NCBI RefSeq assembly: GCF_000039765.1
Contig: NC_004459.3
Span: forward strand, 1,950,001 to 1,982,000
Length of the DNA: 32,000 nucleotides
Reading direction: 5' to 3'
Origin: Vibrio vulnificus CMCP6
GTDB lineage: Bacteria > Pseudomonadota > Gammaproteobacteria > Enterobacterales > Vibrionaceae
The notes under the pieces were generated by a model that saw only the letters and a list, made by a program, of their open reading frames with translations, ran no database searches and had not been told where the DNA came from. The translations under genes were made by a program, and so were the position numbers. Positions 16,488-26,999 of the stretch are shown here, piece by piece. Every line of letters starts with the position of its first letter. Within the stretch, counting starts at the first letter, position 1.

Positions 16488-18604
16488 TGAGTGAGCAAAA
16501 AGCGTTTAATCTAAAGATTGATGAGCAGAACATTGCGTGGCTTGGCATTGATGTTCCAAACGAAAAAATGAATACCCTTCAAGCGGCTTTTGCCGATGAA
16601 ATGAAGGCGATTTTTGCTCAACTGAAAGACAGCAGCGGCCTGAAAGGGCTGATCGTGCATTCGTTGAAACCTGACAACTTTGTTGCAGGCGCGGATGTGC
16701 GAATGCTAGAAGCGTGCAAAACAGCGCCAGAAGCAGAAGCCCTTGCACGCCAAGGACAAGAGTTATTTCAACAACTTTCTGATTTGCCTTATCCAGTGGT
16801 GGCTGCAATCCACGGCCCGTGTCTGGGTGGCGGCTTGGAATTGGCGTTAGCGTGTGACTTCCGTGTGTGTAGTGACGATGACGCCACTCGTCTTGGTTTA
16901 CCAGAAGTCCAGCTTGGTCTATTACCGGGCTCTGGTGGTACTCAGCGTCTCCCTCGTTTGATTGGTCTTCTTCCTTCATTGGATCTTATCCTGACGGGTA
17001 AACAGCTTCGAGCCAACAAAGCCAAAAAATTGGGCGTTGTTGATGCCTGCGTGCCACAAACTATTTTGTTGGATGTGGCAAAGCAGTTTGTTGAAAAAGG
17101 CAAGAAGCGCGCAAAACAAAAAGTGACGACAAAAGAGAAATTGCTCTCTGGGAGTGGGCTAGGGCGTAAGTTTGTGTTTGAACAAGCGGCGAAAAAAACG
17201 CACGAAAAAACACGTGGTAACTACCCTGCGACTGTCGCCATTTTGCAAGTCATCCAGCATGGCCTTGAAAAAGGAATGAAACAGGGCTTGGAGCTGGAAG
17301 CGAAGCGCTTTGGTGAGTTGGTCATGAGCAACGAGTCGAAGGCTTTGCGTTCGATTTTCTTTGCCACCACGGAAATGAAAAAAGAAACGGGCAGTGAAGC
17401 AAAACCAAGTAAAGTCGGAATGGTCGGCGTACTTGGCGGCGGCTTGATGGGTGCGGGTATCAGTCATGTCAGTGTGGCAAAAGCCAAAGTGCCAGTACGC
17501 ATTAAAGACGTCAGCAATGACGGCGTGCTGAACGCCTTGAAATACAACTACAAGTTGTTTGATAAGCAGCGCAAACGTCGCATTCTCTCCAAGGCGCAAC
17601 TGCAGAGCAAAATGCTGCAATTGAGCGGAGGAACCGATTTCACCAGCTTTAACCGTACCGACGTGGTAATTGAAGCGGTCTTTGAAGATCTGTCGCTCAA
17701 GCAACAAATGGTGGCGGATATTGAAGCAAATGCGAAGCCGGAGACTATCTTCGCGACCAATACCTCTTCTTTGCCAATTCATAAAATTGCCGAGAAGGCG
17801 CAGAGGCCTGAGAACATTGTGGGTTTGCACTACTTTAGCCCAGTAGAGAAAATGCCCTTGGTGGAAGTCATTCCGCATGAATCAACGTCGGAAGAAACCA
17901 TTGCCACGGTGGTCGCTTTGGCGAAGAAACAAGGCAAAACGCCGATTGTGGTGAAAGATCAAGCGGGTTTCTATGTGAACCGAATTCTTGCGCCGTACAT
18001 GAATGAATCTGCACACATTTTGCTAGCAAATGAGCCGATCGATAAGATCGATACCGCATTATTGGATTTTGGCTTCCCTGTCGGTCCAATTACGTTGCTG
18101 GATGAAGTGGGTGTAGATATTGGTGCGAAGATCATGCCTATCCTTGTCGCTGAGTTGGGTGCTCGCTTTAAAGGGCCGGATGTGTTTGATGTGCTTCTCA
18201 ATGATGGCCGCAAAGGTCGCAAGAGCGGAAAAGGCTTCTACACCTATAAAGGCAAGAAGAAAGAAGTGGATAAGTCCGTTTACAAACTGCTGAAACTCAC
18301 CCCAGAGTCGAAGCTGAGCGACAATGACATTGCGCTGCGTTGTGTGTTGCCAATGCTCAACGAAGCGGTACGCTGTTTGGATGATGGCATTATTCGTTCT
18401 CCTCGTGATGGCGACATTGGGGCTATTTTTGGTATCGGTTTCCCTCCTTTCTTAGGTGGCCCGTTCCGTTATATGGACCAATTTGGTTTGAAGGAACTGG
18501 TAGAGAAAATGAACCAATTCGCTGAGAAATATGGCGATCGCTTTGCGCCGTGTGATGGTTTACTCACGCGTGCGGGAGAAGGACGTCGTTTCTATGACAA
18601 CTAG
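16487..18604 (+). CDS. fadJ: Fatty-acid oxidation complex alpha subunit FadJ (enoyl-CoA hydratase / 3-hydroxyacyl-CoA dehydrogenase)
   Basis: 705 aa with an N-terminal crotonase fold ([19 protein letters not shown]) and an NAD-binding [12 protein letters not shown]. The ATG overlaps the fadI stop (TAATG). Confidence 0.93.
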   Translation: MSEQKAFNLKIDEQNIAWLGIDVPNEKMNTLQAAFADEMKAIFAQLKDSSGLKGLIVHSLKPDNFVAGADVRMLEACKTAPEAEALARQGQELFQQLSDLPYPVVAAIHGPCLGGGLELALACDFRVCSDDDATRLGLPEVQLGLLPGSGGTQRLPRLIGLLPSLDLILTGKQLRANKAKKLGVVDACVPQTILLDVAKQFVEKGKKRAKQKVTTKEKLLSGSGLGRKFVFEQAAKKTHEKTRGNYPATVAILQVIQHGLEKGMKQGLELEAKRFGELVMSNESKALRSIFFATTEMKKETGSEAKPSKVGMVGVLGGGLMGAGISHVSVAKAKVPVRIKDVSNDGVLNALKYNYKLFDKQRKRRILSKAQLQSKMLQLSGGTDFTSFNRTDVVIEAVFEDLSLKQQMVADIEANAKPETIFATNTSSLPIHKIAEKAQRPENIVGLHYFSPVEKMPLVEVIPHESTSEETIATVVALAKKQGKTPIVVKDQAGFYVNRILAPYMNESAHILLANEPIDKIDTALLDFGFPVGPITLLDEVGVDIGAKIMPILVAELGARFKGPDVFDVLLNDGRKGRKSGKGFYTYKGKKKEVDKSVYKLLKLTPESKLSDNDIALRCVLPMLNEAVRCLDDGIIRSPRDGDIGAIFGIGFPPFLGGPFRYMDQFGLKELVEKMNQFAEKYGDRFAPCDGLLTRAGEGRRFYDN

Positions 18605-18640
18605 TTTCTAAACCAGCCAATGGTTTAGTGCAAAAAGTAA

Positions 18641-18672
18641 CACAGGCTACTCTCGGGTAGCCTGTTTTTGTT
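18641..18672 (+). terminator. Rho-independent terminator after fadJ (possibly also serving the convergent peptidase gene)
   Basis: ACAGGCTAC-TCTCGG-GTAGCCTGT followed by TTTTTGTTTG. On the minus strand the same stem is followed, after 5 nt, by CTTTTTG. Confidence 0.78.
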
Positions 18673-18726
18673 TGCTTCTTTGTTGCCTGCTTGTTTCTTT
18701 GCTCAATATCTAACCCAGATTGAGTG

Positions 18727-21504
18727 CTAACCGAGGCCGACATCTTTTGGCCTTAGCTGAAACTCTTCAATCGAGCCAATTTCCTGACCAAGGTGAATTT
18801 TTGGTGCATCGGCGTGGGCGATACCTTGTGTATGCATCACTAAACGATTCGCTGTTCTTGGTTTGAGTTCATTTACCACAAAGCGGATCATGTCGGCACG
18901 AGTTAAGTTTTTCAGCTCCTCGAGCACTTTCTCGCGCTGATTGAACTCTGTGTCTTTATTGCCGATGGCAACCCACAAACGCTGCGCTCTGCTGCGTAAG
19001 GTGGTGTCTGGTGCGGAGATTTGATTCCAGAGTCCGCGCTTACTGCTGTGCCATTGATATTCATTGAGCTCTAGCAACACCATGTAAAACGCATTCAAAA
19101 ATTCATCAATCGAGCGCACTAATTCCGCTGGTGCTGAGTTTGGCGATTGCACATACAGCACGATTCCGGGGTGTTTGTTTAATGGCATGTTGCCGGTTCC
19201 CACCATGTAACCAAGTTGCTGTTTAGTGCGAATTTCATGGAAAAAGGTTGCAGACATCAAGTGATTTGCCAAAGAGTAAAGTGCAATGCTGTGAGGTGAG
19301 GTGTCTTCACATTGATGATAAATCACCACCGCAGAGTCCTGTTGGCCACATTCCACTTCTCGTTGGAAGCTGCCATTTGCACCAAGCATAATCAGTGGAC
19401 GTAAGGCTTCTTCGTAGCGCTGCTCTTTCACTCTCAAGGCGTTTTTCAGTGTCGTGGCCATATCATGCGCTTGTTGGCGCTGCCAATCGCCGTAGACAAA
19501 CATCTCCACATGCAGCTCAGCGAGAATGGCATCGACGAACTCGGCCAACTCTTCCACTTCAATCTCTTGTAAGGCTTCAATGAGTTTGGAAAAGGGAGGG
19601 TTGTTTGGCTGTAAAATGCCTGTCATTGCATTAAATAGTTGAGAAATAGGACGATCTTGCGCCGAATTTCGCCAACTGCGAAGCAATTGTTTTTTGATGT
19701 TATCAAATCGAATCGGGCTGAAATCTCGCGTTGCAAAGCGCTTGAGGATCATCTCAAGCAGTTGTGGCAGTTTTTGTGAGAAACCCGAGAGCGTTAGGGT
19801 GACGCCACCTTGATGAGCGTACATGTTGTAACCCATTCCAGCGATTTCGGCCTGATAAGTTTCTTTGGCCAACGAGTCGAGGAACATCTCAACGCACAGG
19901 CGGGTTTTGACAATATTCTTCGCAGAAGAAACCGCGTGTGGACTGTCTATCGCCACGTAAAGCACCCCTTTAGGTACTTTAAATTCGGTGTCCTGTAGGT
20001 GCCAGAGACGGAACCCTTCAAGATCTTCAATCAACTGTGGCAGGGTTTCATCCGCTTCGAGCGGGTTGGGATCCAGTTCGTAACAGATAAATGGGTTGCG
20101 CGCTGGAAGCTCAAACCCCCAACCTGGGTTAATTTGCGCATAGTTTTGTTTTTGCTCGTCGCTAAATGGCGTGACACGGTATGGGGTGAAGTACCATGCC
20201 GCTTCTTTGTCTGCCTCAAAGCCTTTCGCAATCAACGTCACACGCAGATTCTCAACGGTAAAATAGTCAAACAAAGAGCGCAGTAGCGTCTCATCGTACT
20301 TCGCCATTTTATAATCGCCATAGATGGTGTCTTCCGCAGCGTAATGCTGCATGTTAATCACCAAATGACTGACCATGTCGAGTGGTCGAGAGGGCTCTTG
20401 GAAGCGAAACGCAGATTCAAGTACCGCTTGTTTCTCTTTGTATCGCCACTCTTCAAGCCCTTCTGCTTTGATCAAGCGAATGTACTGGAAGACAGCTTGA
20501 ATAATCTCATCGGTATGGGCGAGTCCGTCTTTCGTCAAAGTACAACTTACCGTGAAATCACGGTAATTACTGCCAGCAGCGCCACCGCCCGCAGAGAGGG
20601 AGGTCACCCAGTTTTTGTTTTTCAGTTTGAGCATCAAACTGCCTTCACCCTCATATCCAAGCAGATGGGCAAAGTAGGAAAGCGGTTTGGTTGAGTAGTG
20701 ATGATCCATGCCTGGCAGCGGGAATGTCATAATGAGCTTACGTATCTCTTTGAGCGGCTCAATGTTCACCAAAATGCCAGTGCTGTTTTCATCACTGATG
20801 GGGGCCTCTATCGATTTACCCGCTAAATGGTTGTTGGCGATAGGGCCGAACTTTTCTTCTGTCCACGTTTGCAGCTGATCAAGACTTTGCGGTCCATAGA
20901 TGGTCAAGGTCATTAAATCGGATGAATAATGAGTGCGATAGAAGTCTACGATCTCTTGGCGAATGGAAACGCCACCTCTGTCGTTGAGTGTCTCCAAGTT
21001 ACCGACGGAAAATTTTGCAAAAGGATGATTCGGATTAACCACTTCCTTATTGACTTGGTAGAAGCGTCTTGAGTCGTCGTTCAATTTCAGACGATATTCC
21101 GATTCGACCGCTTGGCGCTCTTTATCCAGAGCCTCTTCGTTAAACAAAGGCGCGACAAAAAACTGACTAAATCGGTCTAGCGCTTTTTCAAAAACATTGG
21201 CGCTGACGTCAAAAAAGAAACAAGTATGCTCAGTCCCTGTCCAAGCATTATTGCTGCCGCCATGCTGGTTAATATAGCTTTGAAAATCGCCTACTTTAGG
21301 GTATTTTTCCGTCCCCAAAAACAGCATGTGTTCAAGATAATGGGCAAGACCTTCTCGTTCGATAGGATCATCAAAATGCCCGACATTGACCGCAAGAGCC
21401 GCAGCTGATTTGGTGGCGTCTTCGGAGCTGATCAGCAAAACTCTCAACTGGTTATCGAGCGTCAAGTAACGATAGTGATGAGTGTCATTTGGACTTAAGT
21501 GCAC
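18727..21504 (-). CDS. M16 (insulinase/pitrilysin-like) zinc metallopeptidase
   Basis: 925 aa with the inverted zinc motif HYLEHMLF (HxxEH) near the N-terminus and pitrilysin-like length. GTG start with a GGAG Shine-Dalgarno 8 nt upstream. An in-frame TGA 21 nt upstream excludes a longer N-terminus, and no signal peptide is visible. Confidence 0.88.
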   Translation of the reverse strand: MHLSPNDTHHYRYLTLDNQLRVLLISSEDATKSAAALAVNVGHFDDPIEREGLAHYLEHMLFLGTEKYPKVGDFQSYINQHGGSNNAWTGTEHTCFFFDVSANVFEKALDRFSQFFVAPLFNEEALDKERQAVESEYRLKLNDDSRRFYQVNKEVVNPNHPFAKFSVGNLETLNDRGGVSIRQEIVDFYRTHYSSDLMTLTIYGPQSLDQLQTWTEEKFGPIANNHLAGKSIEAPISDENSTGILVNIEPLKEIRKLIMTFPLPGMDHHYSTKPLSYFAHLLGYEGEGSLMLKLKNKNWVTSLSAGGGAAGSNYRDFTVSCTLTKDGLAHTDEIIQAVFQYIRLIKAEGLEEWRYKEKQAVLESAFRFQEPSRPLDMVSHLVINMQHYAAEDTIYGDYKMAKYDETLLRSLFDYFTVENLRVTLIAKGFEADKEAAWYFTPYRVTPFSDEQKQNYAQINPGWGFELPARNPFICYELDPNPLEADETLPQLIEDLEGFRLWHLQDTEFKVPKGVLYVAIDSPHAVSSAKNIVKTRLCVEMFLDSLAKETYQAEIAGMGYNMYAHQGGVTLTLSGFSQKLPQLLEMILKRFATRDFSPIRFDNIKKQLLRSWRNSAQDRPISQLFNAMTGILQPNNPPFSKLIEALQEIEVEELAEFVDAILAELHVEMFVYGDWQRQQAHDMATTLKNALRVKEQRYEEALRPLIMLGANGSFQREVECGQQDSAVVIYHQCEDTSPHSIALYSLANHLMSATFFHEIRTKQQLGYMVGTGNMPLNKHPGIVLYVQSPNSAPAELVRSIDEFLNAFYMVLLELNEYQWHSSKRGLWNQISAPDTTLRSRAQRLWVAIGNKDTEFNQREKVLEELKNLTRADMIRFVVNELKPRTANRLVMHTQGIAHADAPKIHLGQEIGSIEEFQLRPKDVGLG

Positions 21505-21820
21505 GTTGCGTCTCCGAAAATGTCAATATTGTTATTATGAACCTGAAAAGAGCGGGTGCAAATTCTCCGTGGTATTTCCATGGCGAATATTGAGATTGAT
21601 AACGCTTTGCGTACCTCTCTTTAACAGATTGTTAAGAAAGTCGAAGTCTTTAGCAAGTGAATTGATATAATTGTCGCGGCTGAGTCGAATAAGATCATCA
21701 AATAAATACTCGTCATTGTGCTGTGATGGCAGCGCAAAGCGGATCGAAAAATGCAAAGAAGAATGCAAGCGCCTAAACGCGTCAAATGATAATGATCCGA
21801 ATTGAGTCCAAGGATATTAC

Positions 21821-22285
21821 ATGAAAGTACTAATTATGCGTCACGGTGAAGCGGAACATTTCGCCGACAGTGATGCACAACGAGCCTTAACCACTCGTGG
21901 TCGTCTAGAATCGGATACCGTAGCGAAAGCTTGTGCCGAACATGGCATCACACATTTTGATAAGGTTCTTGTTAGCCCTTACCTTCGAGCGCAACAAACT
22001 TGGCAAGAAATCAGTGGTTATTTTCAAGCCGACGCAGTGGAAACCTGTGAAGACATCACCCCTTATGGGCAGTCTGAGCAAGTTTATGATTACCTGTGCG
22101 CGCTGATTGAAGTCGAGCAGCCAGAGCAGATTCTGCTGGTTTCACATCTTCCTTTGGTGGGCTATTTGACGGCGGAATTTGTCAAAGACATGTCTGCGCC
22201 GATGTTCCCGACATCCGGCATGGTGTGTGTGGAGTTTGAACCGAGCCAGCATCGTGGCGAAATCCGTTTTAGTTTAAGACCGTAG
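21821..22285 (+). CDS. sixA: Phosphohistidine phosphatase SixA
   Basis: 154 aa with the N-terminal RHG motif (MKVLIMRHGEA) of the histidine phosphatase family. SixA size and synteny next to fadJ/smrB. Confidence 0.88.
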   Translation: MKVLIMRHGEAEHFADSDAQRALTTRGRLESDTVAKACAEHGITHFDKVLVSPYLRAQQTWQEISGYFQADAVETCEDITPYGQSEQVYDYLCALIEVEQPEQILLVSHLPLVGYLTAEFVKDMSAPMFPTSGMVCVEFEPSQHRGEIRFSLRP

Positions 22286-22330
22286 TTAGAGCCCAATAGT
22301 GGTTAGAGCACGATAACGGAAAGAAGGACG

Positions 22331-22353
22331 CTGCAGGAGATAGTCACCTGCAG
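22331..22353. terminator. Hairpin between convergent sixA and smrB (weak terminator candidate)
   Basis: CTGCAGG-N9-CCTGCAG, a 7-bp stem. The flanks are only moderately T-rich on either strand. Confidence 0.35.
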
Positions 22354-22367
22354 ACGTGAGAGCGGTT

Positions 22368-22898
22368 TTATTTCTCAGGGATTGAGAGCAGAACAAGCAG
22401 AGCGCCATCTCCGCCAAATTCAAGTGGTGCTTGGTGGAAAGCCAGCACATCAGGATGCTGCGCGAGCCACCGTGGCGTTTTTTGCTTGAGAATGTGCTTC
22501 CCGATACCGTGCTGCACGCAGGCACAATGTACTTCATTTTTCACACAGTAAGCGATCATTGCGCCAAGTTCACGCTTCGCTTCTTGTTGTGTCATCCCGT
22601 GCATATCAAGAAACACATCGGGAACATACACCCCGCGTCGCAGGCGTTTGACTTCATAGGTGGATACGTCGTCACGTGCGTAACGGGTCGGCCCTTCTTC
22701 GTTTAAAAGAGGAACAAACTCGTCTGAGAAATAGAATTCAGAGTCACTGGCTTCACGGCTAATACGCTTGATTTCTTTTTGTTTAGTATTTCTGTTTGGT
22801 TGCTGGACTATGGTATCCTGAGGCAACTTTTTTATGCCCTGTACTGCTTCCCGGAATAATGAGAAATCGTCGTCAAGGTCGTTGTCTTTGTTACTCAT
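22368..22898 (-). CDS. smrB: Smr-domain endonuclease SmrB (YfcN)
   Basis: 176 aa with a C-terminal Smr domain (LDMHGMTQQEAKRELGAMI..., VQHGIGKHILKQKTPRWL). Divergent from prmB, as in E. coli. Confidence 0.87.
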   Translation of the reverse strand: MSNKDNDLDDDFSLFREAVQGIKKLPQDTIVQQPNRNTKQKEIKRISREASDSEFYFSDEFVPLLNEEGPTRYARDDVSTYEVKRLRRGVYVPDVFLDMHGMTQQEAKRELGAMIAYCVKNEVHCACVQHGIGKHILKQKTPRWLAQHPDVLAFHQAPLEFGGDGALLVLLSIPEK

Positions 22899-22957
22899 GG
22901 GTTTAACACTAAATATTTACATCATTGGCAGTATTGTAGCGCTTTTCGGAGGCAATT

Positions 22958-23890
22958 TTGGATAAGATTTTTGTAGAAGAGGCCGTTTCTGAGCTTCATT
23001 CTCTTCAAGATATGATTCGTTGGACAGTGAGCCGCTTTAATGCCGCCAATTTGTTTTACGGTCACGGCACTGATAATGCTTGGGATGAAGCGGTTCAGCT
23101 AATCCTTCCTACGCTCTATTTACCGATTGATGTGCCTCCGCATGTATTGAACTCACGTTTGACCAGTAGCGAGCGTTTACGCATTGTTGAGCGTGTGGTT
23201 AAGCGTATCAACGAACGTACGCCAACCGCTTACCTGACCAACAAAGCTTGGTTCTGTGGTTTAGAGTTCTTCGTTGATGAGCGCGTACTTGTGCCACGTT
23301 CGCCAATTGGTGAACTTATCCAAGCGCAATTTGAACCATGGTTAATCGAAGAGCCAGTGCGCATTATGGATCTGTGTACGGGCAGTGGCTGTATTGCAAT
23401 TGCCTGTGCTCATGCTTTCCCTGAAGCTGAAGTGGATGCCATTGATATCTCGGTGGATGCACTCGCGGTAGCCGAGCAAAACATTCAAGACCACGGCATG
23501 GAGCAGCAAGTTTTCCCTATTCGTTCCGATCTATTCCGTGATTTGCCAAAAGAGCAATACAACATCATCGTGACCAATCCACCATACGTGGATGAAGAAG
23601 ACATGAATAGCCTACCAACTGAGTTCACTCATGAGCCTGCATTAGGTCTTGCCGCTGGAACGGATGGCCTTAAACTCGTGCGCCGTATTTTGGCGAATGC
23701 ACCGGATTACCTAACAGAGAAAGGTATTTTGGTCTGTGAGGTGGGCAACTCAATGGTACACATGATGGAGCAATATCCGCATATTCCATTCACTTGGCTT
23801 GAGTTTGAAAACGGTGGCCACGGCGTCTTCTTGCTAACGCGCGAGCAGTTGTTGGCGTGTGCTGAGGATTTCCGTCTATACAAAGACTAA
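22958..23890 (+). CDS. prmB: Ribosomal protein L3 glutamine N5-methyltransferase PrmB
   Basis: 310 aa with SAM-binding [11 protein letters not shown] and the NPPY motif (VTNPPYV). Apparent TTG start with a GGAGG Shine-Dalgarno 4-5 nt upstream. Confidence 0.88.
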   Translation: MDKIFVEEAVSELHSLQDMIRWTVSRFNAANLFYGHGTDNAWDEAVQLILPTLYLPIDVPPHVLNSRLTSSERLRIVERVVKRINERTPTAYLTNKAWFCGLEFFVDERVLVPRSPIGELIQAQFEPWLIEEPVRIMDLCTGSGCIAIACAHAFPEAEVDAIDISVDALAVAEQNIQDHGMEQQVFPIRSDLFRDLPKEQYNIIVTNPPYVDEEDMNSLPTEFTHEPALGLAAGTDGLKLVRRILANAPDYLTEKGILVCEVGNSMVHMMEQYPHIPFTWLEFENGGHGVFLLTREQLLACAEDFRLYKD

Positions 23891-23920
23891 GCATTAACCC
23901 CTTTGCTGACACTTTTTGAG

Positions 23921-23960
23921 AAAACGCCCGCTTTAATGATTTAAGCGGGCGTTTTTTTTC
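23921..23960 (+). terminator. Rho-independent terminator after prmB
   Basis: AAACGCCCGCTT-N8-AAGCGGGCGTTT followed by a T-run. Confidence 0.8.
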
Positions 23961-24089
23961 GAGATGACCGAAAAAGACAAAATTGATCGTTTTAGGGGTT
24001 TACATCAAAACACAATAGCGCCACTATGAAATCACGAAGAATTGAAATGTATAGCCTGGTTTACAGCGCTAACAATATTTGAGGAAGTA

Positions 24090-25175
24090 ATGGCAGGAAA
24101 CAGTATCGGACAACATTTCCGAGTAACCACGTTCGGAGAAAGTCACGGTATCGCACTGGGATGTATTGTGGATGGATGTCCTCCAGGGCTTGAAATTAGT
24201 GAAGCAGATCTGCAGACCGATCTGGATCGCCGACGCCCAGGTACATCACGTTACACCACCCAACGCCGCGAGCCGGATGAAGTGAAAATTCTTTCAGGGG
24301 TGTTTGAAGGGAAAACAACAGGCACATCGATTGGTTTGTTGATTGAAAATACCGACCAACGCTCGAAAGATTACTCAGACATCAAAGATAAATTTCGTCC
24401 GGGTCATGCTGATTACACTTATCACCAAAAATATGGGATTCGTGATTACCGCGGTGGTGGTCGTTCTTCGGCACGCGAAACCGCCATGCGAGTGGCTGCT
24501 GGAGCGATTGCGAAGAAATACCTCAAGCAAGCATTTGGTGTTGAGATCCGCGCTTATCTTTCACAAATGGGCGACGTTGCGATTGATAAAGTGGATTGGA
24601 ACGAAATTGAGAACAACCCATTTTTCTGCCCTGACGTCGACAAAGTTGAGGCTTTTGATCAACTGATCCGAGACTTGAAAAAAGAAGGCGATTCGATCGG
24701 TGCCAAGATTCAAGTGGTGGCGACGAATGTTCCTGTTGGTTTAGGTGAGCCCGTGTTTGACCGTCTTGATGCGGATATTGCTCATGCTTTGATGAGCATT
24801 AATGCGGTGAAAGGCGTGGAGATTGGTGATGGCTTTGATGTCGTGAGCCAAAAAGGCAGTCAGCACCGTGACACGCTTTCTCCTCAGGGTTTTGGCAGTA
24901 ACCATGCTGGTGGTATCTTAGGTGGTATCTCAACCGGACAAGACATCGTTGCCAATATTGCGTTAAAACCAACCTCAAGCATTACCGTGCCAGGGGACAC
25001 CATCAATGTGGATGGTGAATCTACACAGCTCATTACCAAAGGTCGTCACGATCCTTGTGTTGGCATTCGCGCTGTGCCCATCGCTGAAGCCATGTTGGCG
25101 ATTGTGGTAATGGACCACTTACTGCGTCATCGTGGACAAAATCATGGCGTCAGCACGCAAACGCCAAAAATCTAG
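24090..25175 (+). CDS. aroC: Chorismate synthase AroC
   Basis: 361 aa from the ATG at 24090 ([20 protein letters not shown]...), with a GAGGAAG Shine-Dalgarno. Conserved [10 protein letters not shown] and KGRHDPCVG segments. The track start at 24042 is an upstream extension. Confidence 0.93.
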   Translation: MAGNSIGQHFRVTTFGESHGIALGCIVDGCPPGLEISEADLQTDLDRRRPGTSRYTTQRREPDEVKILSGVFEGKTTGTSIGLLIENTDQRSKDYSDIKDKFRPGHADYTYHQKYGIRDYRGGGRSSARETAMRVAAGAIAKKYLKQAFGVEIRAYLSQMGDVAIDKVDWNEIENNPFFCPDVDKVEAFDQLIRDLKKEGDSIGAKIQVVATNVPVGLGEPVFDRLDADIAHALMSINAVKGVEIGDGFDVVSQKGSQHRDTLSPQGFGSNHAGGILGGISTGQDIVANIALKPTSSITVPGDTINVDGESTQLITKGRHDPCVGIRAVPIAEAMLAIVVMDHLLRHRGQNHGVSTQTPKI

Positions 25176-25205
25176 TTCTCTAGTTTAAAGTCATTGAAAT
25201 ATAAA

Positions 25206-25238
25206 CAAAAAGGGTGACCATCAGGGCCACCCTTTTTA
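25206..25238. terminator. Bidirectional terminator between convergent aroC and the UPF0126 gene
   Basis: AAGGGTGACC-ATCAG-GGCCACCCTT (one mismatch), flanked by an A-run and a T-run. Confidence 0.7.
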
Positions 25239-25264
25239 TATGGGTTAATATGAGATTTCGTGTC

Positions 25265-25909
25265 TTAATGCACGGCTTCTTCAGAGTCCAAGTGGAATGA
25301 CGGTAAGCGCCATTTAAATCGGACTGCCGCCATGCGCAGCACATAACCTACCACGAGTGTGACGATAGTGGCCGTGACGTCTGGGATTTCAAATGCCAAC
25401 AATGTCAGGTAAAGACCCGATGCCAAAAGCGCAATGGACGCGTAAAGCTCTTCATGCAATACCAATGGTGTTTGACGACAGATGAGGTCGCGCAGTAAAC
25501 CACCAAAAACACCAGTCACTAGAGCTGAAACCATACAAATGCCCGGATGTAAGCCCATCTGCAGCGCAATTTTAGTACCAATAATGCTAAATACGATGAG
25601 GCCGAGGGCATCAAGGCGGATAAACAAGCCTTTGAGTTTGATCACCCACTTGGCAAGCCCCGTTGTTAAGATGCCCGCCACACAAGTGATAGCAAGAAAC
25701 TCTGGATTTTTTACCCAACCAAGTGGGTAGTGTCCTAGTAGGATGTCTCGTACCGTACCACCGCCAATGGCTGTTGCACTGGCCACCAACATTACACCAA
25801 ACCAATCCATTTTTCTGCGTCCGGCGCTTAGCGCACCTGTCATGGCTTCTGCCGTGATGCCAATGACATACAAAACACTTAACAACATGTTGAAACGCTC
25901 TAGTAACAC
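25265..25909 (-). CDS. UPF0126 / trimeric intracellular cation channel (TRIC)-family membrane protein (YadS/YicG-like)
   Basis: 214 aa with seven predicted TM helices and two glycine-rich UPF0126 repeats (ATAIGGGTVRDILLG and TGVFGGLLRDLI). The start could be the internal ATG at 25888. Confidence 0.78.
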   Translation of the reverse strand: MLLERFNMLLSVLYVIGITAEAMTGALSAGRRKMDWFGVMLVASATAIGGGTVRDILLGHYPLGWVKNPEFLAITCVAGILTTGLAKWVIKLKGLFIRLDALGLIVFSIIGTKIALQMGLHPGICMVSALVTGVFGGLLRDLICRQTPLVLHEELYASIALLASGLYLTLLAFEIPDVTATIVTLVVGYVLRMAAVRFKWRLPSFHLDSEEAVH

Positions 25910-26125
25910 TTCCTTTGCGTCATATATACAAAGGGTGGAATAACAAATAAGGCGTGAGTTTAGTCACAAATGATTGGGTTGACGAATGAGAAATAGTAGG
26001 GGAAAGCACGCTTTCAAATAAGGTGAGCTAATTCAAATTGCGCAGTGTTTTGGAACAATCGTTTACCTCATTCTAAAAAAGAGCGACAATGCGCAGCGCA
26101 AGTCAAAAGAAGTACAGATCGAACC

Positions 26126-26656
26126 ATGAGTCACCATTATCAAGACCTCATCACCATTTTTAATCAGACCTTTTCTGAGTCATTCAACACCAAGTTAGAG
26201 TTGGGTGGCGATGAGCCAATTTATTTACCCGCGGATACCTCAGTTCCCAATCATCGAATTATTTTTGCTCGTGGTTTTTATGCCTCTGCATTACACGAAA
26301 TAGCCCATTGGTGCGTGGCTGGACCAGAGCGCCGACTCCTCGAAGACTTTGGTTATTGGTATGAACCCGATGGAAGAACGGCTGAGGTGCAAGCTGAGTT
26401 TGAAAAAGTTGAAATTCGCCCACAAGCGTACGAATGGATTTTGGCACTCAGTGCAGGCTTTCCTTTTAATGTAAGTTGTGACAACCTACACGGCGATTTC
26501 GAGCCTGACCGTTTGGGCTTTATGCAGAAAGTGCATCAGGAAGTCATGTCGATATTTGAGACGGGGTTCCCCCCTCGAGTGCAGATGCTTTCCGACGCAT
26601 TGCGGAATTTTTATCAAGTAAAACCCTTAGAAGTAGGCGATTTCATCGTTAAGTAA
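26126..26656 (+). CDS. epmC: Elongation factor P hydroxylase EpmC (YfcM)
   Basis: 176 aa from the ATG at 26126 (MSHHYQDLITIFNQTF...DEPIYLPA...HEIAHWC...PFNVSCDNLHGDFEPDR), closely parallel to E. coli EpmC. The track start at 26045 is an extension. Confidence 0.88.
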   Translation: MSHHYQDLITIFNQTFSESFNTKLELGGDEPIYLPADTSVPNHRIIFARGFYASALHEIAHWCVAGPERRLLEDFGYWYEPDGRTAEVQAEFEKVEIRPQAYEWILALSAGFPFNVSCDNLHGDFEPDRLGFMQKVHQEVMSIFETGFPPRVQMLSDALRNFYQVKPLEVGDFIVK

Positions 26657-26670
26657 CCACGAGATTATCC

Positions 26671-26934
26671 ATGATTATTGAATTTGAAGAAAAACTGTTG
26701 GAACTGATTGATGCACGTATTGAAACGGCATCAGAAGATGAACTGTTTGCAGGTGGTTATTTACGTGGCCATATTTCGCTCTCTGCTGCGTCTTGCGAAG
26801 AAGATGGCGTAAACGATGTGACGGAGCTGAAATCGCGCATTGAGCAGAGTTTAGAGAATGCTCGCTCAGAACTTGCGCCAGCAGATCGCATCATCGTCAG
26901 CGACTTGTGGCAAGAGCTCCAAGCGCAAGCTTAA
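26671..26934 (+). CDS. yfcL: YfcL family protein
   Basis: 87 aa. MIIEFEEKLLELID...DELFAGGYLRGHISL parallels E. coli YfcL, with conserved synteny between epmC and mnmC. Confidence 0.82.
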   Translation: MIIEFEEKLLELIDARIETASEDELFAGGYLRGHISLSAASCEEDGVNDVTELKSRIEQSLENARSELAPADRIIVSDLWQELQAQA

Positions 26935-26947
26935 CCTCTGTTTCAAT

Positions 26948-26983
26948 AAAAACGCCTCGTCAATACAACGAGGCGTTTTTGTT
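26948..26983. terminator. Bidirectional terminator between convergent yfcL and mnmC
   Basis: AACGCCTCGT-CAATACA-ACGAGGCGTT, flanked by an A-run and a T-run. Confidence 0.8.
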
Positions 26984-26999
26984 TGTGCGTATCTTCAAC

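Noticed and set aside
17159-17878. 239-aa ORF antisense to fadJ (also 16506-16979 and 17971-18222, minus strand).
   Set aside because: These are shadow ORFs inside fadJ. Their R/F/H/Q-rich composition is unlike real proteins, and they have no independent signals.
19999-20694. Plus-strand ORFs of 95 and 116 aa inside the M16 peptidase gene.
   Set aside because: They are antisense shadow ORFs within a well-supported 925-aa gene.
21535-21768. 77-codon ORF upstream of the peptidase gene in the 316-bp peptidase-sixA divergent region.
   Set aside because: The only possible start is a TTG with no credible Shine-Dalgarno, and there is no internal ATG/GTG. The translated sequence looks somewhat helical and protein-like, so it is not excluded. 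I cannot support it without homology or ribosome-profiling evidence.
22286-22537. 83-aa minus-strand ORF overlapping the smrB 3' region.
   Set aside because: It is an out-of-frame overlap with the well-supported smrB gene, and it extends into the convergent intergenic hairpin.
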